A stretch of 64,000 nt of DNA from Eubacteriales bacterium (GCA_045612715.1 JAZKZP010000093.1:922-64921), one strand, 5' to 3'. Positions 1 through 11,076 are shown, counted from the first letter of the stretch. Program-made: numbers and translations. Notes: generated by a model not told the origin, from the letters alone.

Positions 1-178
1 GAGAAATAACACCCGTTCCGCCGCCAAGCTCAACAGCTATTGCATTTTTCTGTTGCTTGATGAAAGAGGCAAGCAAAAATGCATCCGTGCCAAAGGTGAG
101 CCCGTTCTTCTTCTGTATTAATTTTATGTTTTCGTTAACTTCAGTTAACGTTTCGTTTTCAAATAAAAAGTCATTCAT
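1..178 (-). CDS. SAM-dependent methyltransferase, N-terminal part only (YabB/TrmN6-like); gene continues beyond the window
   Basis: Hand translation of the reverse strand from ATG at 178 gives MNDFLFENETLTEVNENIKLIQKKNGLTFGTDAFLLASF...VELGGGTGVIS. It ends in SAM-binding motif I. Its position next to holB-yaaT fits the Firmicutes holB-yaaT-yabB neighbourhood. Confidence 0.5.
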   Translation of the reverse strand, partial: MNDFLFENETLTEVNENIKLIQKKNGLTFGTDAFLLASFIKQQKNAIAVELGGGTGVIS

Positions 179-192
179 AAATACCTCTGAAT

Positions 193-225
193 TAAAAATA
201 CGGAGCAGTAAACCTGCTCCGTATC
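193..225 (-). terminator. Rho-independent terminator after the ferredoxin gene
   Basis: Hairpin atacggagcag/ctgctccgtat (198-224) followed by a T-run on the minus strand. Confidence 0.5.
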
Positions 226-240
226 TTTAGATGTAATGGA

Positions 241-411
241 TTATTCCTGAACGGGAGCTCCTACAGGGCAAACGTCAGCACAAGCGCCGCAATCTGCGCA
301 AGCATCAGGATCAATTACATAGATGCCGTCGCCTTCGGAAATAGCACCGCAAGGACAAGCGTCGCAGCAAGCCCCACACGCGATGCAAGCGTCAGTAATC
401 TTATAAGCCAT
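241..411 (-). CDS. 2x[4Fe-4S] ferredoxin (56 aa)
   Basis: MAYKITDACIACGACCDACPCGAI...CADCGACADVCPVGAP contains two CxxCxxCxxxCP clusters. The internal Met at 411 is chosen over the 471 ORF start because it gives the typical clostridial ferredoxin length. Confidence 0.85.
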   Translation of the reverse strand: MAYKITDACIACGACCDACPCGAISEGDGIYVIDPDACADCGACADVCPVGAPVQE

Positions 412-499
412 GATAAATACCTCCATAAGTATTGATAAGACATTATAGCACAACATAGTACTAAAATGCAAGGGGTTATTAAAAATTTATTCTAAAAAT

Positions 500-1561
500 T
501 TATTCCTTATCCGAGTTTTTGTTAGAACGAATGATTTTTACGTCATCACGGTGATATGCCTTGATAGAATCTCCGTCCTTGTTTGTGAATTTAACCTTCA
601 AAAGTCCTGTGAGGGGATGCGTTTCGGTTACAACACCAACACCGTCGGGAGTTTTAACGGTGGTATCTACTGCAGGAGTGCGTGAAATCTCGTATTCATA
701 AGTTTCTTGCTCGTATTTTAAGCAACACATAAGACGACCGCAAGTTCCTGAAATTTTTGAGGAGTTAAGGAACAAGCCCTGCTCCTTAGCCATCTTGATA
801 GAAACCTGAACGAAATCGGAAAGGAATGTCGCACAGCAAAGAGGTCTGCCGCACGCACCAAGACCACCGATAAGCTTTGCTTCATCACGAATACCAATTT
901 GACGAAGCTCGATTCTCGTTCTGAATACTGCCGCAAGGTCTTTAACAAGCTCACGGAAGTCAACTCTGCCGGATGATGTGAAGTAGAAGAGAAGCTTACT
1001 GTTATCAAAAGTATATTGAGCATCAACGAGTTTCATATCAAGCTCGTGAGAAGCAATTTGCTTCAAGCAAATGTCAAATGCCTCTTTTTCTTTTTTGATG
1101 TTATCCTCATTATGAACTATATCTTCTTTAGTTGCAATGCGAAGAACGGGACGGAGAGGTGGAACAGTTTCTGAAATACCAACGAGTTTGTTAGCAACAA
1201 ATACTTCGCCAAATTCGGGGCCACGAGCCGTGTCAACAATGGCAAAATCACCCTTGTTAGCCTTTATTCCGTTGGGCTCGAAGTAATAAACCTTGCCAAC
1301 CTTTTTAAATCTTATTCCGATAACTTCAACCTGTTCTTCGTCCTCCTTGGGTTCGGCTTTGGGCTTTTCTTCAAACACCTCGGGAACGATGTCTTCAAGA
1401 AATTCAAGGCTTTCAACTTCTTCGGGGGATTCAACAGCTACTTCATTTTCTTTAACAGCTTGGGCATTGTTGTTTTCTTTTTTGTGCTTATGCTTGTTAT
1501 AGCGATGAAATCTTTTTTTGTTATTCTTTTTATTTTGATTGTTTTGATTGTTGTTTTCCAT
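500..1561 (-). CDS. yaaT: PSP1-domain protein, stage 0 sporulation protein YaaT/RicT family
   Basis: The conserved PSP1 core is present (YYFTSSGRVDFRELVKDLAAVFRTRIELRQIGIRDEAK...GACGRPLCC...GTCGRLMCCLKYE). The N-terminal extension is low-complexity N/K/E-rich. The gene lies directly downstream of holB. Confidence 0.85.
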   Translation of the reverse strand: MENNNQNNQNKKNNKKRFHRYNKHKHKKENNNAQAVKENEVAVESPEEVESLEFLEDIVPEVFEEKPKAEPKEDEEQVEVIGIRFKKVGKVYYFEPNGIKANKGDFAIVDTARGPEFGEVFVANKLVGISETVPPLRPVLRIATKEDIVHNEDNIKKEKEAFDICLKQIASHELDMKLVDAQYTFDNSKLLFYFTSSGRVDFRELVKDLAAVFRTRIELRQIGIRDEAKLIGGLGACGRPLCCATFLSDFVQVSIKMAKEQGLFLNSSKISGTCGRLMCCLKYEQETYEYEISRTPAVDTTVKTPDGVGVVTETHPLTGLLKVKFTNKDGDSIKAYHRDDVKIIRSNKNSDKE

Positions 1562-1574
1562 ATTTATCTCCAGA

Positions 1575-2612
1575 TTAGATTAGGCTGCTTAAAAAGTTTG
1601 TGAGTGTTAGCTTAACGTTTGCGTTTCTCAAAAGCGACAAACGTGTTTTCTCTGTAAGCGCGATTATTTCGGAAATTTTTTGAACAGAGATTGAGTATGA
1701 AAGCTCCTCTGCGTATTCTCGACTTGTGAAGAAGACCATAGTGGGCTCATCCGCTTTTTTTATTACCATAAGATCGCGAAGGGCATTTTGCAAGAGCAAA
1801 AGCTGTGAAATGATTTTTTCACGTTCGTCACGTTTTTGGCTGAAGGATGATAAGAGTTCTGCAAAATCTCTTGCAACCGTGCGGTGAGCAATCGACTCTA
1901 TCAATTTCAAGATGAGCTCACGATTTTGCAAAATTTGTTTTCGCTCACTTGACCCAATCAACTCTAAAATTCGCCCAATACTTCCTGAGGCTGCCATATA
2001 TATTTCGTCAAATTCCTCAGGAGAATTGTTTATAAACGTGCGTGCAGAAGGGTTGTTCGCCTTAAGAAATTCAACAACCTCAAGTTTAGATGGAGTTTTC
2101 ATTCTAAGGATTGGCGCACGGCTTTTTATCGTTTCAAGAATGCTTTCGGTATGCTCACACAAAAGAATAAAAATAACGTAAGGCGGAGGCTCTTCAAGAG
2201 TGAGGAGCAGGGCATTTTGCGCCTGTGTTGTCATCGTGTGCGCATCCTCGATTATATACACCTTAAAATCACCGTCATTGGGATAAACCGCAATGTCTGT
2301 TTTGATGTATCTTATTGGGTCAACACCGATTGATGCTTTATCCTTTTCGCGTGAAATGTAGATTATATCTGCTGAGTTATCAGAAAGTATTCGTCTGCAA
2401 CAAGAACATTCAAAACAAGGAACGGCACTATCTGAGTGCGCCTTGTTTTCACAGTTAGCGGCAGCGGCAATAAGACGCGCAAGTGTGCGCTTTCCCGTAC
2501 CCTTGTCACCCAAAAGGATATAGGCGTGAGAAAGTGAATTTTCTTTTGCACAGGAGGTAAAGTAATTATAAATATCATCGTTTCCAACGATTACAGGATT
2601 GTTGATTTTCAT
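1575..2612 (-). CDS. holB: DNA polymerase III subunit delta-prime
   Basis: AAA+ clamp-loader motifs are present: HAYILLGDKGTGKRTLA, the Cys cluster CFECSCCRRI, IIEDAH and LLLTLEEPP. Synteny with yaaT supports the call. Confidence 0.85.
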   Translation of the reverse strand: MKINNPVIVGNDDIYNYFTSCAKENSLSHAYILLGDKGTGKRTLARLIAAAANCENKAHSDSAVPCFECSCCRRILSDNSADIIYISREKDKASIGVDPIRYIKTDIAVYPNDGDFKVYIIEDAHTMTTQAQNALLLTLEEPPPYVIFILLCEHTESILETIKSRAPILRMKTPSKLEVVEFLKANNPSARTFINNSPEEFDEIYMAASGSIGRILELIGSSERKQILQNRELILKLIESIAHRTVARDFAELLSSFSQKRDEREKIISQLLLLQNALRDLMVIKKADEPTMVFFTSREYAEELSYSISVQKISEIIALTEKTRLSLLRNANVKLTLTNFLSSLI

Positions 2613-2786
2613 AAGTTAACCTCCTTTTAGCAATACACAATTATTATATCAAAAAAGTAAAAGCGTGTCAATAGTTTAAAAGATAACAAAAATGCTAAAA
2701 AAAAACCGTCAAAAGCCTTAAAAAACAATAAAAAAATGATGGTTTTGTGAAAAATTAACAAAAAGCCTAAAATATGAAAAAAACAC

Positions 2787-2815
2787 TTGAAAAATTATCA
2801 CTTTTGTAATATAAT
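2787..2815 (+). promoter_or_regulatory. Sigma-A-type promoter upstream of glgC
   Basis: TTGAAA (2787-2792), 17-nt spacer, TATAAT (2810-2815). Confidence 0.4.
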
Positions 2816-2884
2816 AACAATGTATGACTATGTCTATAATTGTTTATATAGTAATAGCAAAAAAATGAAGGGAGATTGCTTGAT

Positions 2885-4069
2885 ATGTTTAAGAAAAAAG
2901 AATGTGTCGCTATGCTTCTCGCAGGCGGACAAGGATCAAGACTTTACGCACTTACCAAGAAAACAGCTAAACCCGCAGTTTCATTTGGAGGAAAGTTCAG
3001 AATTATTGACTTTCCGCTTTCAAACTGTATCAACTCAGGTGTGGACACCGTTGGTGTTCTTACACAGTATCAACCCCTCGTGCTCAATGAATACATAGGA
3101 AACGGACTTCCTTGGGACCTTGACAGAACCTTTGGTGGTGTTTCCATTCTTCCCCCATACCAGGGCTTCAGTGGTTCAGACTGGTATAAGGGAACTGCAA
3201 ACGCAATTTATCAGAACCTTGAGTTCATCAAGAGATATCAGGCAGAATATGTTTTGATTCTCTCCGGTGACCATATCTATACAATGGATTACAACAAAAT
3301 GCTCGAATACCATAAGGCAAACAATGCTGACTGTACAATCGCAGTTCTTGAAGTGCCTATGGAAGAAGCAAGTCGCTTCGGTATTATGAGCGTTAACCCC
3401 GATAAATCCATTTATAAATTCTCTGAAAAACCCAAAAATCCCGATAGTAATTTGGCTTCTATGGGTATCTACATCTTCAGCGCAGATAAGCTTTATAAAT
3501 ATCTCATTGAAGATGAAGCTAATCCTGAATCAAGCAACGACTTCGGTAAGAACATCATTCCCAATATGCTTAACAATGGTGAGAAAATGTTCGCTTATAA
3601 CTTTGAAGGATATTGGAAGGACGTTGGAACAATTTCTTCTCTTTGGGAAGCAAATATGGACCTTCTCGGCGAAAAGCCCGTTTTGGCGCTTGATGATGAT
3701 AATGCAAGAATTTTCTCACGTCATGAAAACGAAGCTCCTCAGTACGTTGGTGCTGAAGCGGTAGTAGAAAATTCCTCTATCACAGAGGGTTGTGAGATTT
3801 ACGGTACAGTAATTAATTCAGTTCTTGGTTACGGTGTAGTGGTAGAAAAGGGCGCAGTTGTTCGCGATTCTGTTCTTATGCACCACGTTACTGTTTCTGA
3901 GGGTGCAACTGTTGAATACTCAATCCTTGACTCCGACGTAAGCGTTGGCAAGGGCGCAAGAGTGGGCAGACCTAAAGAAGAAGCTGAAGGCATTACTGTT
4001 ATTGGCGCTAACAATGTGGTTGGTGACGGCGAGGATATTGCTGATAACCAGATGATATATTCTGAATAA
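2885..4069 (+). CDS. glgC: Glucose-1-phosphate adenylyltransferase, catalytic subunit
   Basis: [32 protein letters not shown]...[16 protein letters not shown] at 2885 is preferred over TTG at 2876 because of the AAGGGAG Shine-Dalgarno about 11 nt upstream. Confidence 0.93.
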   Translation: MFKKKECVAMLLAGGQGSRLYALTKKTAKPAVSFGGKFRIIDFPLSNCINSGVDTVGVLTQYQPLVLNEYIGNGLPWDLDRTFGGVSILPPYQGFSGSDWYKGTANAIYQNLEFIKRYQAEYVLILSGDHIYTMDYNKMLEYHKANNADCTIAVLEVPMEEASRFGIMSVNPDKSIYKFSEKPKNPDSNLASMGIYIFSADKLYKYLIEDEANPESSNDFGKNIIPNMLNNGEKMFAYNFEGYWKDVGTISSLWEANMDLLGEKPVLALDDDNARIFSRHENEAPQYVGAEAVVENSSITEGCEIYGTVINSVLGYGVVVEKGAVVRDSVLMHHVTVSEGATVEYSILDSDVSVGKGARVGRPKEEAEGITVIGANNVVGDGEDIADNQMIYSE

Positions 4070-4081
4070 TGAGGTGACGAT

Positions 4082-5218
4082 ATGAAAGCAGCAGGACTTA
4101 TATTCTCTAATATACACGATGCATCCATTCCCGAACTCACAAAGCCAAGAACTATGGCTAGTATTCCTTTTGGGGGCAGATACCGTCTTATCGACTTCGC
4201 GCTCTCAAACATGGTAAATTCGGATATCACAACAGTTGGACTTATCACACATAATAATTATCAGTCACTTCTTGACCATATCGGCACAGGAAAGGACTGG
4301 GACCTTGCGCGCCGTTCGGGTGGTATAAGAATTTTGCCCCCCTTCATCACAAGTGGCACACATGGTAACGATATGCTTTATAATACACGCCTTCAGGCAC
4401 TTGTTGGCGTTAAGAACTTTGTTGAAAATTGCGGAGCAGACCACGTTATCATCTCCGATTGCAATATGATTTGCAATATTGATTTTAGCGATGCACTTGA
4501 AAATCATATAGCAAATAATGCTGATATTACAATTATCACAAAGCTTGTAGATACAAGAGAGCTTAAATTCCCACTCGATAAATATATCAGAGTGGTTGAA
4601 TATAATGATAAGGGCGAAATCGTTGACTACGTTCCTTACGATAGCCAGGAAGGTGAGCTTCACATCAATACAAATATGATGATTGTTAAGCGCTCATATC
4701 TCCTTTCTCTTATTAATGAGGCAGATGCAAGAGGATACGATAGCTTCTCAAGAGATGTAATTATTAGAAATCTTGGTAAGCACCGCTTCTTCGCATTTGA
4801 ATATGACGGATATTTCAACTATATCGACTCAATGCAGAAATACTTCTTCTGCAATATGAAAATGCTTGATTCAAGCAAGAGAAAGCTTGTTTTCCACGTT
4901 AAGAATAGACCTGTTTACACAAAGGTTAGAAACTCTGCTCCCACAAGATATGCAGAGAGTGCAAAGGTAACAAACTCCATCATCGCTGACGGATGCGTTA
5001 TCGAAGGCGTTGTTGAAAACTCCATCCTCTTCAGAGGTGTTAAGGTTGGCAAGGGAACAGTTATTAAGAACTCCATCCTTTTGCAGAACACTTATACAGG
5101 AGATGACGTTTACCTTAATTGCGTAGTTACCGATAAGAACGTAACTATCAAGAACGGCAAAATGCTTTCAGGTCACGAAACACTTCCTTTCTACATCGGC
5201 AAGGGTACAACTGTATAA
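4082..5218 (+). CDS. glgD: Glucose-1-phosphate adenylyltransferase, regulatory subunit GlgD
   Basis: Paralogue of GlgC lacking the GGxGxR loop (ASIPFGGRYRLIDFALSNMVNS). It sits immediately after glgC, as in Firmicutes glgCD pairs. Confidence 0.9.
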   Translation: MKAAGLIFSNIHDASIPELTKPRTMASIPFGGRYRLIDFALSNMVNSDITTVGLITHNNYQSLLDHIGTGKDWDLARRSGGIRILPPFITSGTHGNDMLYNTRLQALVGVKNFVENCGADHVIISDCNMICNIDFSDALENHIANNADITIITKLVDTRELKFPLDKYIRVVEYNDKGEIVDYVPYDSQEGELHINTNMMIVKRSYLLSLINEADARGYDSFSRDVIIRNLGKHRFFAFEYDGYFNYIDSMQKYFFCNMKMLDSSKRKLVFHVKNRPVYTKVRNSAPTRYAESAKVTNSIIADGCVIEGVVENSILFRGVKVGKGTVIKNSILLQNTYTGDDVYLNCVVTDKNVTIKNGKMLSGHETLPFYIGKGTTV

Positions 5219-5231
5219 CGAGGAGAAAAAA

Positions 5232-6665
5232 ATGAGAAAAATTTTGTTTGTCGGAGCAGAGGTAATGCCCTTTGCGGCAACGGGCGGTCTTGGTGACGTG
5301 CTTGGTTCATTGCCCACAGCTCTTAAAAAAGAATATGGCGACGATATAGACGTTCGCGTAGTTATGCCCCTTTATGATGCAGTAAAACAAGAGTGGAGAA
5401 GTCAGATGAAGACTGAGGCAGTGTTTAATCTTCCTCTTTCTTGGAGAAATCTCTACTGTGGAGTGCTCAGTCTTGTAAAGGACGGTGTTACTTACTACTT
5501 TATTGACAACGAGTATTATTTCAAGAGAGGTGCGCTCTACGGCTACGATGATGAAGCTGAGAGATATGCATTCTTCTGCAAGGCAGCCGTTGAAATGCTC
5601 GGAGTTATCGGCTACTATCCCGACGTGCTTCACGCACATGACTGGCAGGCAGCCCTTACACTTCCTTATTTGAATTTCCAATACCGTTGGAGAAGAGAAT
5701 ATAAGGATATTAAAACAGTATTCACAATCCACAATATCGAATATCAGGGACAGTACGGATATGAGGTGCTTGGCAACGTATTCGGCTTTGACTATTCTGA
5801 TTATTTCGATTATAACGGATGTGTAAACCTTATGAAATGCGCAATCGAAATGGCTAATATGGTAACAACAGTTAGCCCGAGATATTCCGAGGAGATCAAG
5901 GGTGATGAATATTCACACAAGCTTGCTCCCATACTTAATAAGAATGCGCATAAGCTCACGGGCATCCTTAACGGTATCGATTATAAGTACTATAATCCCG
6001 AAGCTGACAAGGAGATCTATCAGAACTTTGGCTCAGGTGAGCTTGATAAGAAAGTTAAAAATAAGACGGAGCTTCAAAAAGCACTTGGACTTCCTCAAAG
6101 AGAGGATGTTCCCCTTGTGGCGATCATTTCACGTCTTGCATCCCATAAGGGACTTGACCTTGTTCGCGATGTTGCATACGGACTTGTTGATAATAATGAT
6201 ATGCAGCTTGTTGTTCTTGGTAAGGGAGAGGCTCAGTACGAGCAGTTCTTTACCGAGCTTGAGCGCAATAGAAACGATAAAGTACGCGCAGTTATGCTCT
6301 ATGACAGAGATTTGTCAAAGCGCATTTACGCAGCAGCTGATATTTTCCTTATGCCGTCAAAGAGTGAGCCCTGTGGTCTTTCTCAGATGATTGCTTCCCG
6401 TTACGGTGCAATTCCTGTAGTAAGAGAAACAGGCGGACTTTATGACTCAATTAAGGGATATTGGTTGCTTAATGGCACAATCCTTGGCAACGGATTTACC
6501 TTTGCTAACTATAGTGCAGGTGAGCTTTATGAGCGCACATGTGCAGCTCTTGAGCTTTATCATAACAAAGAAATTTATCCTAAATTTGCTAAAAAGATTA
6601 TGGATACAGACTTTTCTTGGGGAACTTCCGCAAGAAAATACTATATGCTTTACGAGAGATTGTAA
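5232..6665 (+). CDS. glgA: Glycogen synthase (ADP-glucose type, GT5)
   Basis: N-terminal KILFVGAEVMPFAATGGLGDV motif and C-terminal PSKSEPCGLSQM motif. Confidence 0.93.
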   Translation: MRKILFVGAEVMPFAATGGLGDVLGSLPTALKKEYGDDIDVRVVMPLYDAVKQEWRSQMKTEAVFNLPLSWRNLYCGVLSLVKDGVTYYFIDNEYYFKRGALYGYDDEAERYAFFCKAAVEMLGVIGYYPDVLHAHDWQAALTLPYLNFQYRWRREYKDIKTVFTIHNIEYQGQYGYEVLGNVFGFDYSDYFDYNGCVNLMKCAIEMANMVTTVSPRYSEEIKGDEYSHKLAPILNKNAHKLTGILNGIDYKYYNPEADKEIYQNFGSGELDKKVKNKTELQKALGLPQREDVPLVAIISRLASHKGLDLVRDVAYGLVDNNDMQLVVLGKGEAQYEQFFTELERNRNDKVRAVMLYDRDLSKRIYAAADIFLMPSKSEPCGLSQMIASRYGAIPVVRETGGLYDSIKGYWLLNGTILGNGFTFANYSAGELYERTCAALELYHNKEIYPKFAKKIMDTDFSWGTSARKYYMLYERL

Positions 6666-6726
6666 AGTAAATACGAGTGTGGCTTAAGCACTCAAATCGC
6701 AATTACCTATTTATTTTGGAGGACAC

Positions 6727-9159
6727 ATGAATTACCAACCCACAGTGAACGAAATCACAGAAAATTTAGAAGGCAAGCTTGCCAGATACTTCGGTTGCAC
6801 AAGTAAAGAAGCAACAAGAGAACAGATGTATAAGGCAGCTGCCATGACAGTAAAGGATATTCTCACAGCGAAAAGAGGAGAATATAAGAAGCAAGTAAAT
6901 GAAGAAGGCGGCAAAAGAGTGTACTATATGTGCATGGAATTTTTGCTTGGTAGATCCTTAAAGACTAACCTTTGCAACCTTGGACTTGCAGAAAATTATA
7001 AGGAATCTCTCAAGGCGCTTGGCTTTGAGCTTGATGACCTTTACGAATGCGAGCCTGACGCAGGTCTTGGAAACGGAGGTCTTGGCCGTCTTGCAGCGTG
7101 CTTTATGGACTCTCTCTCATCGCTCGATTATCCTGCAACAGGATTTTCGCTTTGCTATGAGTACGGCTTGTTTAAACAGATGATCGTTGACGGAATGCAG
7201 ATCGAGCTTCCCGACGTATGGCTTCCCGGTGGTGAAGTATGGCTCACACCTAGAACAGATAGAGTTTTCAAGGTTCGTCTTGGCGGTCGTGTTCGCGAAG
7301 AATGGCGTGAAGACCATATGGAAGTTATCTATGAGAACTGCGAAGAATACGAAGCAATTCCTTATGATATGATGATTTCCGGTGCTGATTCAAAGGCAGT
7401 TTCACAGCTTCGTCTTTGGAAGGCAAGAAATATCCACAACTTTAATATGAACCTTTTCTCACAGGGTGAATATGCAAGATCCCTTGAAGAAAGCACAAAT
7501 GCTGATATTCTTACAAAGGTTCTTTATCCTTCCGATAACCATACTCAGGGTAAGATTCTTCGTCTTACACAGCAGTATTTCCTTGTTTCTGCATCAATGC
7601 AGAGCATTATTCGTGACCATATGGCAGTTTACGGTAACATCGATAATCTTGCTGAAAAGGTTGCTATCCACATCAATGATACACACCCTGCGCTCTGTAT
7701 CCCCGAGCTTATGAGAATTTTCCTTGATGATTATCACTTCTCTTGGGAAAAGTCTTGGGATATGGTTCAGAAGATTGTGTCCTATACAAACCATACAGTA
7801 TTGCCCGAAGCACTTGAAACATGGAATGAGGATATCTTCCAGCTCAAGCTCCCCAGAATTCACCAGATTATTAAGGAAATCAACGAAAGATTCTGTAAGG
7901 ACGCATGGAATGTATTCCCCGGTAACTGGGATAAGATTTCCAAACTCAGCGTAATCGGTTATGGTCAGGTTAGAATGGCTAACCTTTCCGTTATTGGTTC
8001 ACACTCCATCAACGGTGTTTCCAAACTCCACTCCGATATTCTTAAGGATTCCACATTTAAGGATTTCTATAAGATGTATCCCGATAGATTCGATAACGTA
8101 ACAAACGGTATCGCTCACAGAAGATGGCTTTGCTACTCCAATCCTAAGCTTGCATCTTTGCTTGACGATTGCATCGGAACAGGTTATAGACATAATCCTG
8201 AAGAACTTGCAAACTTTGCAAAATATGCAGATGATAAGGCAGTTCTTGAACAGGTAAGAGCAATCAAACACGATAATAAGAAGGCATTTGCTGATCTTCT
8301 TTATAAGAAAACAGGCAGAGTGCTTGATACACACTCCGTGTTTGACGTTCAGATTAAGAGATTGCATGAATATAAGCGTCAGCTTCTTAACGCGCTTAAT
8401 ATTATTAACCTTTATATTGATATTAAGGAAAATCCCAACCTTGACATTCAGCCCCAGACATTTATCTTTGGTGCTAAGGCAGCTCCCGGTTACCAGATGG
8501 CTAAAGAAATCATTAAGCTCATCTGTCTTCTTAGCCGTGAGATTGAAAACGATCCAGTTGTTTCTAAGAAGATTAAGGTTGTATTCCTTGAAGATTACAA
8601 CGTAAGTATGGCAGAAGCACTTATTCCTTCAGCAGAAATCAGTGAACAGATTTCTCTTGCAGGTAAGGAAGCAAGTGGTACAGGTTGTATGAAGCTTATG
8701 ATCAACGGTGCGCTTACTATCGGTACACTTGACGGTGCTAACGTTGAAATGCTTGCAGCTGCAGGTAAGGATAATATGTATATCTTCGGTCTTACAGCTA
8801 AAGAAGTTGAAGATATTTGGGCAAGAGGATATCACTCAGGTGAATTCTACGCAAACAACAATAGACTTCACAAGATTATTGATTGCCTCAATCGTGGCTT
8901 TGGCGGTCAGTCCTTCTCTCACATTTCAATGTACCTTCTTACAGGTATGGGAGTTGCAGACCCCTTCATGTGCCTTGCTGATTTTGAATCTTATCGCACA
9001 ACACACGAAAGAATGATTGCTGACTATGCAGATAAAGAAAAGTGGAACAGAATGTCCCTTATGAATATCGCATCTGCAGGTTACTTCGCAGCGGATAGAA
9101 GTATTGAGGAGTACGCACAAAAATTCTGGAATCTTAAAAAAATCACAGGAAATAAATAA
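6727..9159 (+). CDS. glgP: Glycogen/maltodextrin phosphorylase (GT35)
   Basis: 810 aa with the PLP-lysine signature EASGTGCMKLMINGALTIGTLDGANVE and GLGNGGLGRLAACF. Confidence 0.93.
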   Translation: MNYQPTVNEITENLEGKLARYFGCTSKEATREQMYKAAAMTVKDILTAKRGEYKKQVNEEGGKRVYYMCMEFLLGRSLKTNLCNLGLAENYKESLKALGFELDDLYECEPDAGLGNGGLGRLAACFMDSLSSLDYPATGFSLCYEYGLFKQMIVDGMQIELPDVWLPGGEVWLTPRTDRVFKVRLGGRVREEWREDHMEVIYENCEEYEAIPYDMMISGADSKAVSQLRLWKARNIHNFNMNLFSQGEYARSLEESTNADILTKVLYPSDNHTQGKILRLTQQYFLVSASMQSIIRDHMAVYGNIDNLAEKVAIHINDTHPALCIPELMRIFLDDYHFSWEKSWDMVQKIVSYTNHTVLPEALETWNEDIFQLKLPRIHQIIKEINERFCKDAWNVFPGNWDKISKLSVIGYGQVRMANLSVIGSHSINGVSKLHSDILKDSTFKDFYKMYPDRFDNVTNGIAHRRWLCYSNPKLASLLDDCIGTGYRHNPEELANFAKYADDKAVLEQVRAIKHDNKKAFADLLYKKTGRVLDTHSVFDVQIKRLHEYKRQLLNALNIINLYIDIKENPNLDIQPQTFIFGAKAAPGYQMAKEIIKLICLLSREIENDPVVSKKIKVVFLEDYNVSMAEALIPSAEISEQISLAGKEASGTGCMKLMINGALTIGTLDGANVEMLAAAGKDNMYIFGLTAKEVEDIWARGYHSGEFYANNNRLHKIIDCLNRGFGGQSFSHISMYLLTGMGVADPFMCLADFESYRTTHERMIADYADKEKWNRMSLMNIASAGYFAADRSIEEYAQKFWNLKKITGNK

Positions 9160-9162
9160 TCA

Positions 9163-11076
9163 ATGTACAGTCAACTACAAAACAATGCCACATGTAACGG
9201 TGTTGAGATTATAAGAGAAATAAAAGTTGATTCATCATGGGAAAATGCCTCGTATAGCGGGGCATTTTCCGTAAATGATGATATCAGATATAGAATTGTT
9301 GTTCCAACAAATATGGGAACTCAGGGCGTGGTTATGAGAATTAATCGCGATGGTGAGAATTATTGGGATATTCCTTTAAATCTTGCAAGCTATGAAACAG
9401 GACGCGAGGAATATACTATCGAACTTAATTTGCGCCATCTTTGTGGCCCTGTGCCTGCGCTCTTTTTCTATGAATTTTTATTCCTTCGTGGAACAAGAAC
9501 GCTCTTTACACACAGCTTAAATAATTTTGATTTTGAACTTTCATATCATTCGGAATCAAAATTTTCTCTCCTTGTTTATGAGGACTATTTTAAGCCAAAG
9601 GAATGGTTTGGCAATGGAATTATGTACCACGTTTTTGTTGATCGCTTTGCAAAGGGTGATATAGCACCTTATGAACGCGAGGATTATGTAATCAACGATG
9701 ACTGGTATAACGGAATTCCTCAGTATGCAAAAAATCAGGGAGATAAGCTTAAGAACAATATGTTCTTTGGTGGAAATCTCAAGGGCGTTGAGGATAAGCT
9801 TGATTATCTTGAATCCCTTGGCACAAAGGTTATCTACTTAAGTCCCATTTTCAAGGCATATTCAAATCATAAATATGATACAGGCGACTATATGACCATC
9901 GACGAAATGTTCGGTGGCGAAGAAGCGTTCGTTTCCTTGCTCAACAAGGCAAAGGAAAGGGGAATCAGCATCATTCTTGACGGTGTTTTCAACCATACCG
10001 GTGATGATAGCTTGTACTTTAATAAATATGGAAAATATAATTCCGTCGGTGCTTGTAATTGTGAAAATTCACCTTATAAGAATTGGTTTAATTTCAAATG
10101 TTATCCCTGCGATTATGACTCTTGGTGGGGAATAGACATTTTGCCCAAGCTTAATCAAAATAACGAGGAATGTCGCAATTATTTCGTTGGTGAAGGCGGA
10201 GTTATTGAAAAATATACAAAAATGGGTATCGGTGGCTGGCGACTTGACGTTGCAGATGAATTGCCCGATGAATTTTTGTACCAGCTTCGTGAAAGAGTTC
10301 ATAAGAATTCCGATGGTCAGGGTATAGTTATAGGCGAGGTTTGGGAAAACGCAGCAGTTAAAACGGCTTACGGTCATAGAAGAAACTATTTCCACGGACG
10401 TCAGCTCGATAGTGTTATGAACTATCCCTTGCGTAACGGTATTATTGACTTTGTAACGTACGGTAGCGCAGAAATGCTTTATAACGTGCTTGTTGAACTT
10501 TATTCATCATATCCAAGATGTGTAAGCGATTCACTTATGAATATTCTTGGCACTCACGATACAGAAAGAATACTTACAGTACTTGGCGATAATTATCGTC
10601 CAGATGCGCCTAATGACCATCTTGCAGTAATGCGAATGGGCACACAGGAAAGGGACGTTGCAATTGAACGTCTTAAAATGGCATCAATTTTGCAATACAC
10701 AGTTTATGGAATTCCTTCCGTATTCTATGGTGATGAAGCAGGTCTTGAGGGTTATCATGACCCCTTCTGCAGAAAGCCATATCCATGGGGAAGAGAAAAT
10801 ACCGAGCTTTTAGAGCATTATAAAAAGCTTGGTGAACTTCGAAATATCGAAAAAGCGTTTGATAGGGGCTCTTTTAGAGTAATTGAGCATAATAAAGAAA
10901 CAATTGCCTATGAAAGAGTTAAAGAGGATTCGCGAGTTGTGGTTATTGCTAACGGTAGTGAAAATATCTATCGCGCAAGATTTGAAGGAAAGTGGATTGA
11001 TATGCTTTCATACGAAACCTTTGAAAACTTTATCACAATTTTCCCCAATAGCGCAAGAATTTTAAAGCAACTATAA
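9163..11076 (+). CDS. GH13 alpha-amylase-family glycosidase (neopullulanase/debranching-like)
   Basis: GH13 conserved regions are present: ILDGVFNHTGDDS, GGWRLDVADEL, VIGEVWE and LGTHDTERI. No signal peptide is seen. The gene starts 4 nt after glgP. Confidence 0.8.
   Translation: MYSQLQNNATCNGVEIIREIKVDSSWENASYSGAFSVNDDIRYRIVVPTNMGTQGVVMRINRDGENYWDIPLNLASYETGREEYTIELNLRHLCGPVPALFFYEFLFLRGTRTLFTHSLNNFDFELSYHSESKFSLLVYEDYFKPKEWFGNGIMYHVFVDRFAKGDIAPYEREDYVINDDWYNGIPQYAKNQGDKLKNNMFFGGNLKGVEDKLDYLESLGTKVIYLSPIFKAYSNHKYDTGDYMTIDEMFGGEEAFVSLLNKAKERGISIILDGVFNHTGDDSLYFNKYGKYNSVGACNCENSPYKNWFNFKCYPCDYDSWWGIDILPKLNQNNEECRNYFVGEGGVIEKYTKMGIGGWRLDVADELPDEFLYQLRERVHKNSDGQGIVIGEVWENAAVKTAYGHRRNYFHGRQLDSVMNYPLRNGIIDFVTYGSAEMLYNVLVELYSSYPRCVSDSLMNILGTHDTERILTVLGDNYRPDAPNDHLAVMRMGTQERDVAIERLKMASILQYTVYGIPSVFYGDEAGLEGYHDPFCRKPYPWGRENTELLEHYKKLGELRNIEKAFDRGSFRVIEHNKETIAYERVKEDSRVVVIANGSENIYRARFEGKWIDMLSYETFENFITIFPNSARILKQL

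Noticed and set aside
241-471. 76-aa version of the ferredoxin ORF
   Set aside because: The extra 20 N-terminal residues are hydrophobic and uncharacteristic. The 56-aa form starting MAYKITD matches the standard 2x[4Fe-4S] ferredoxin layout.
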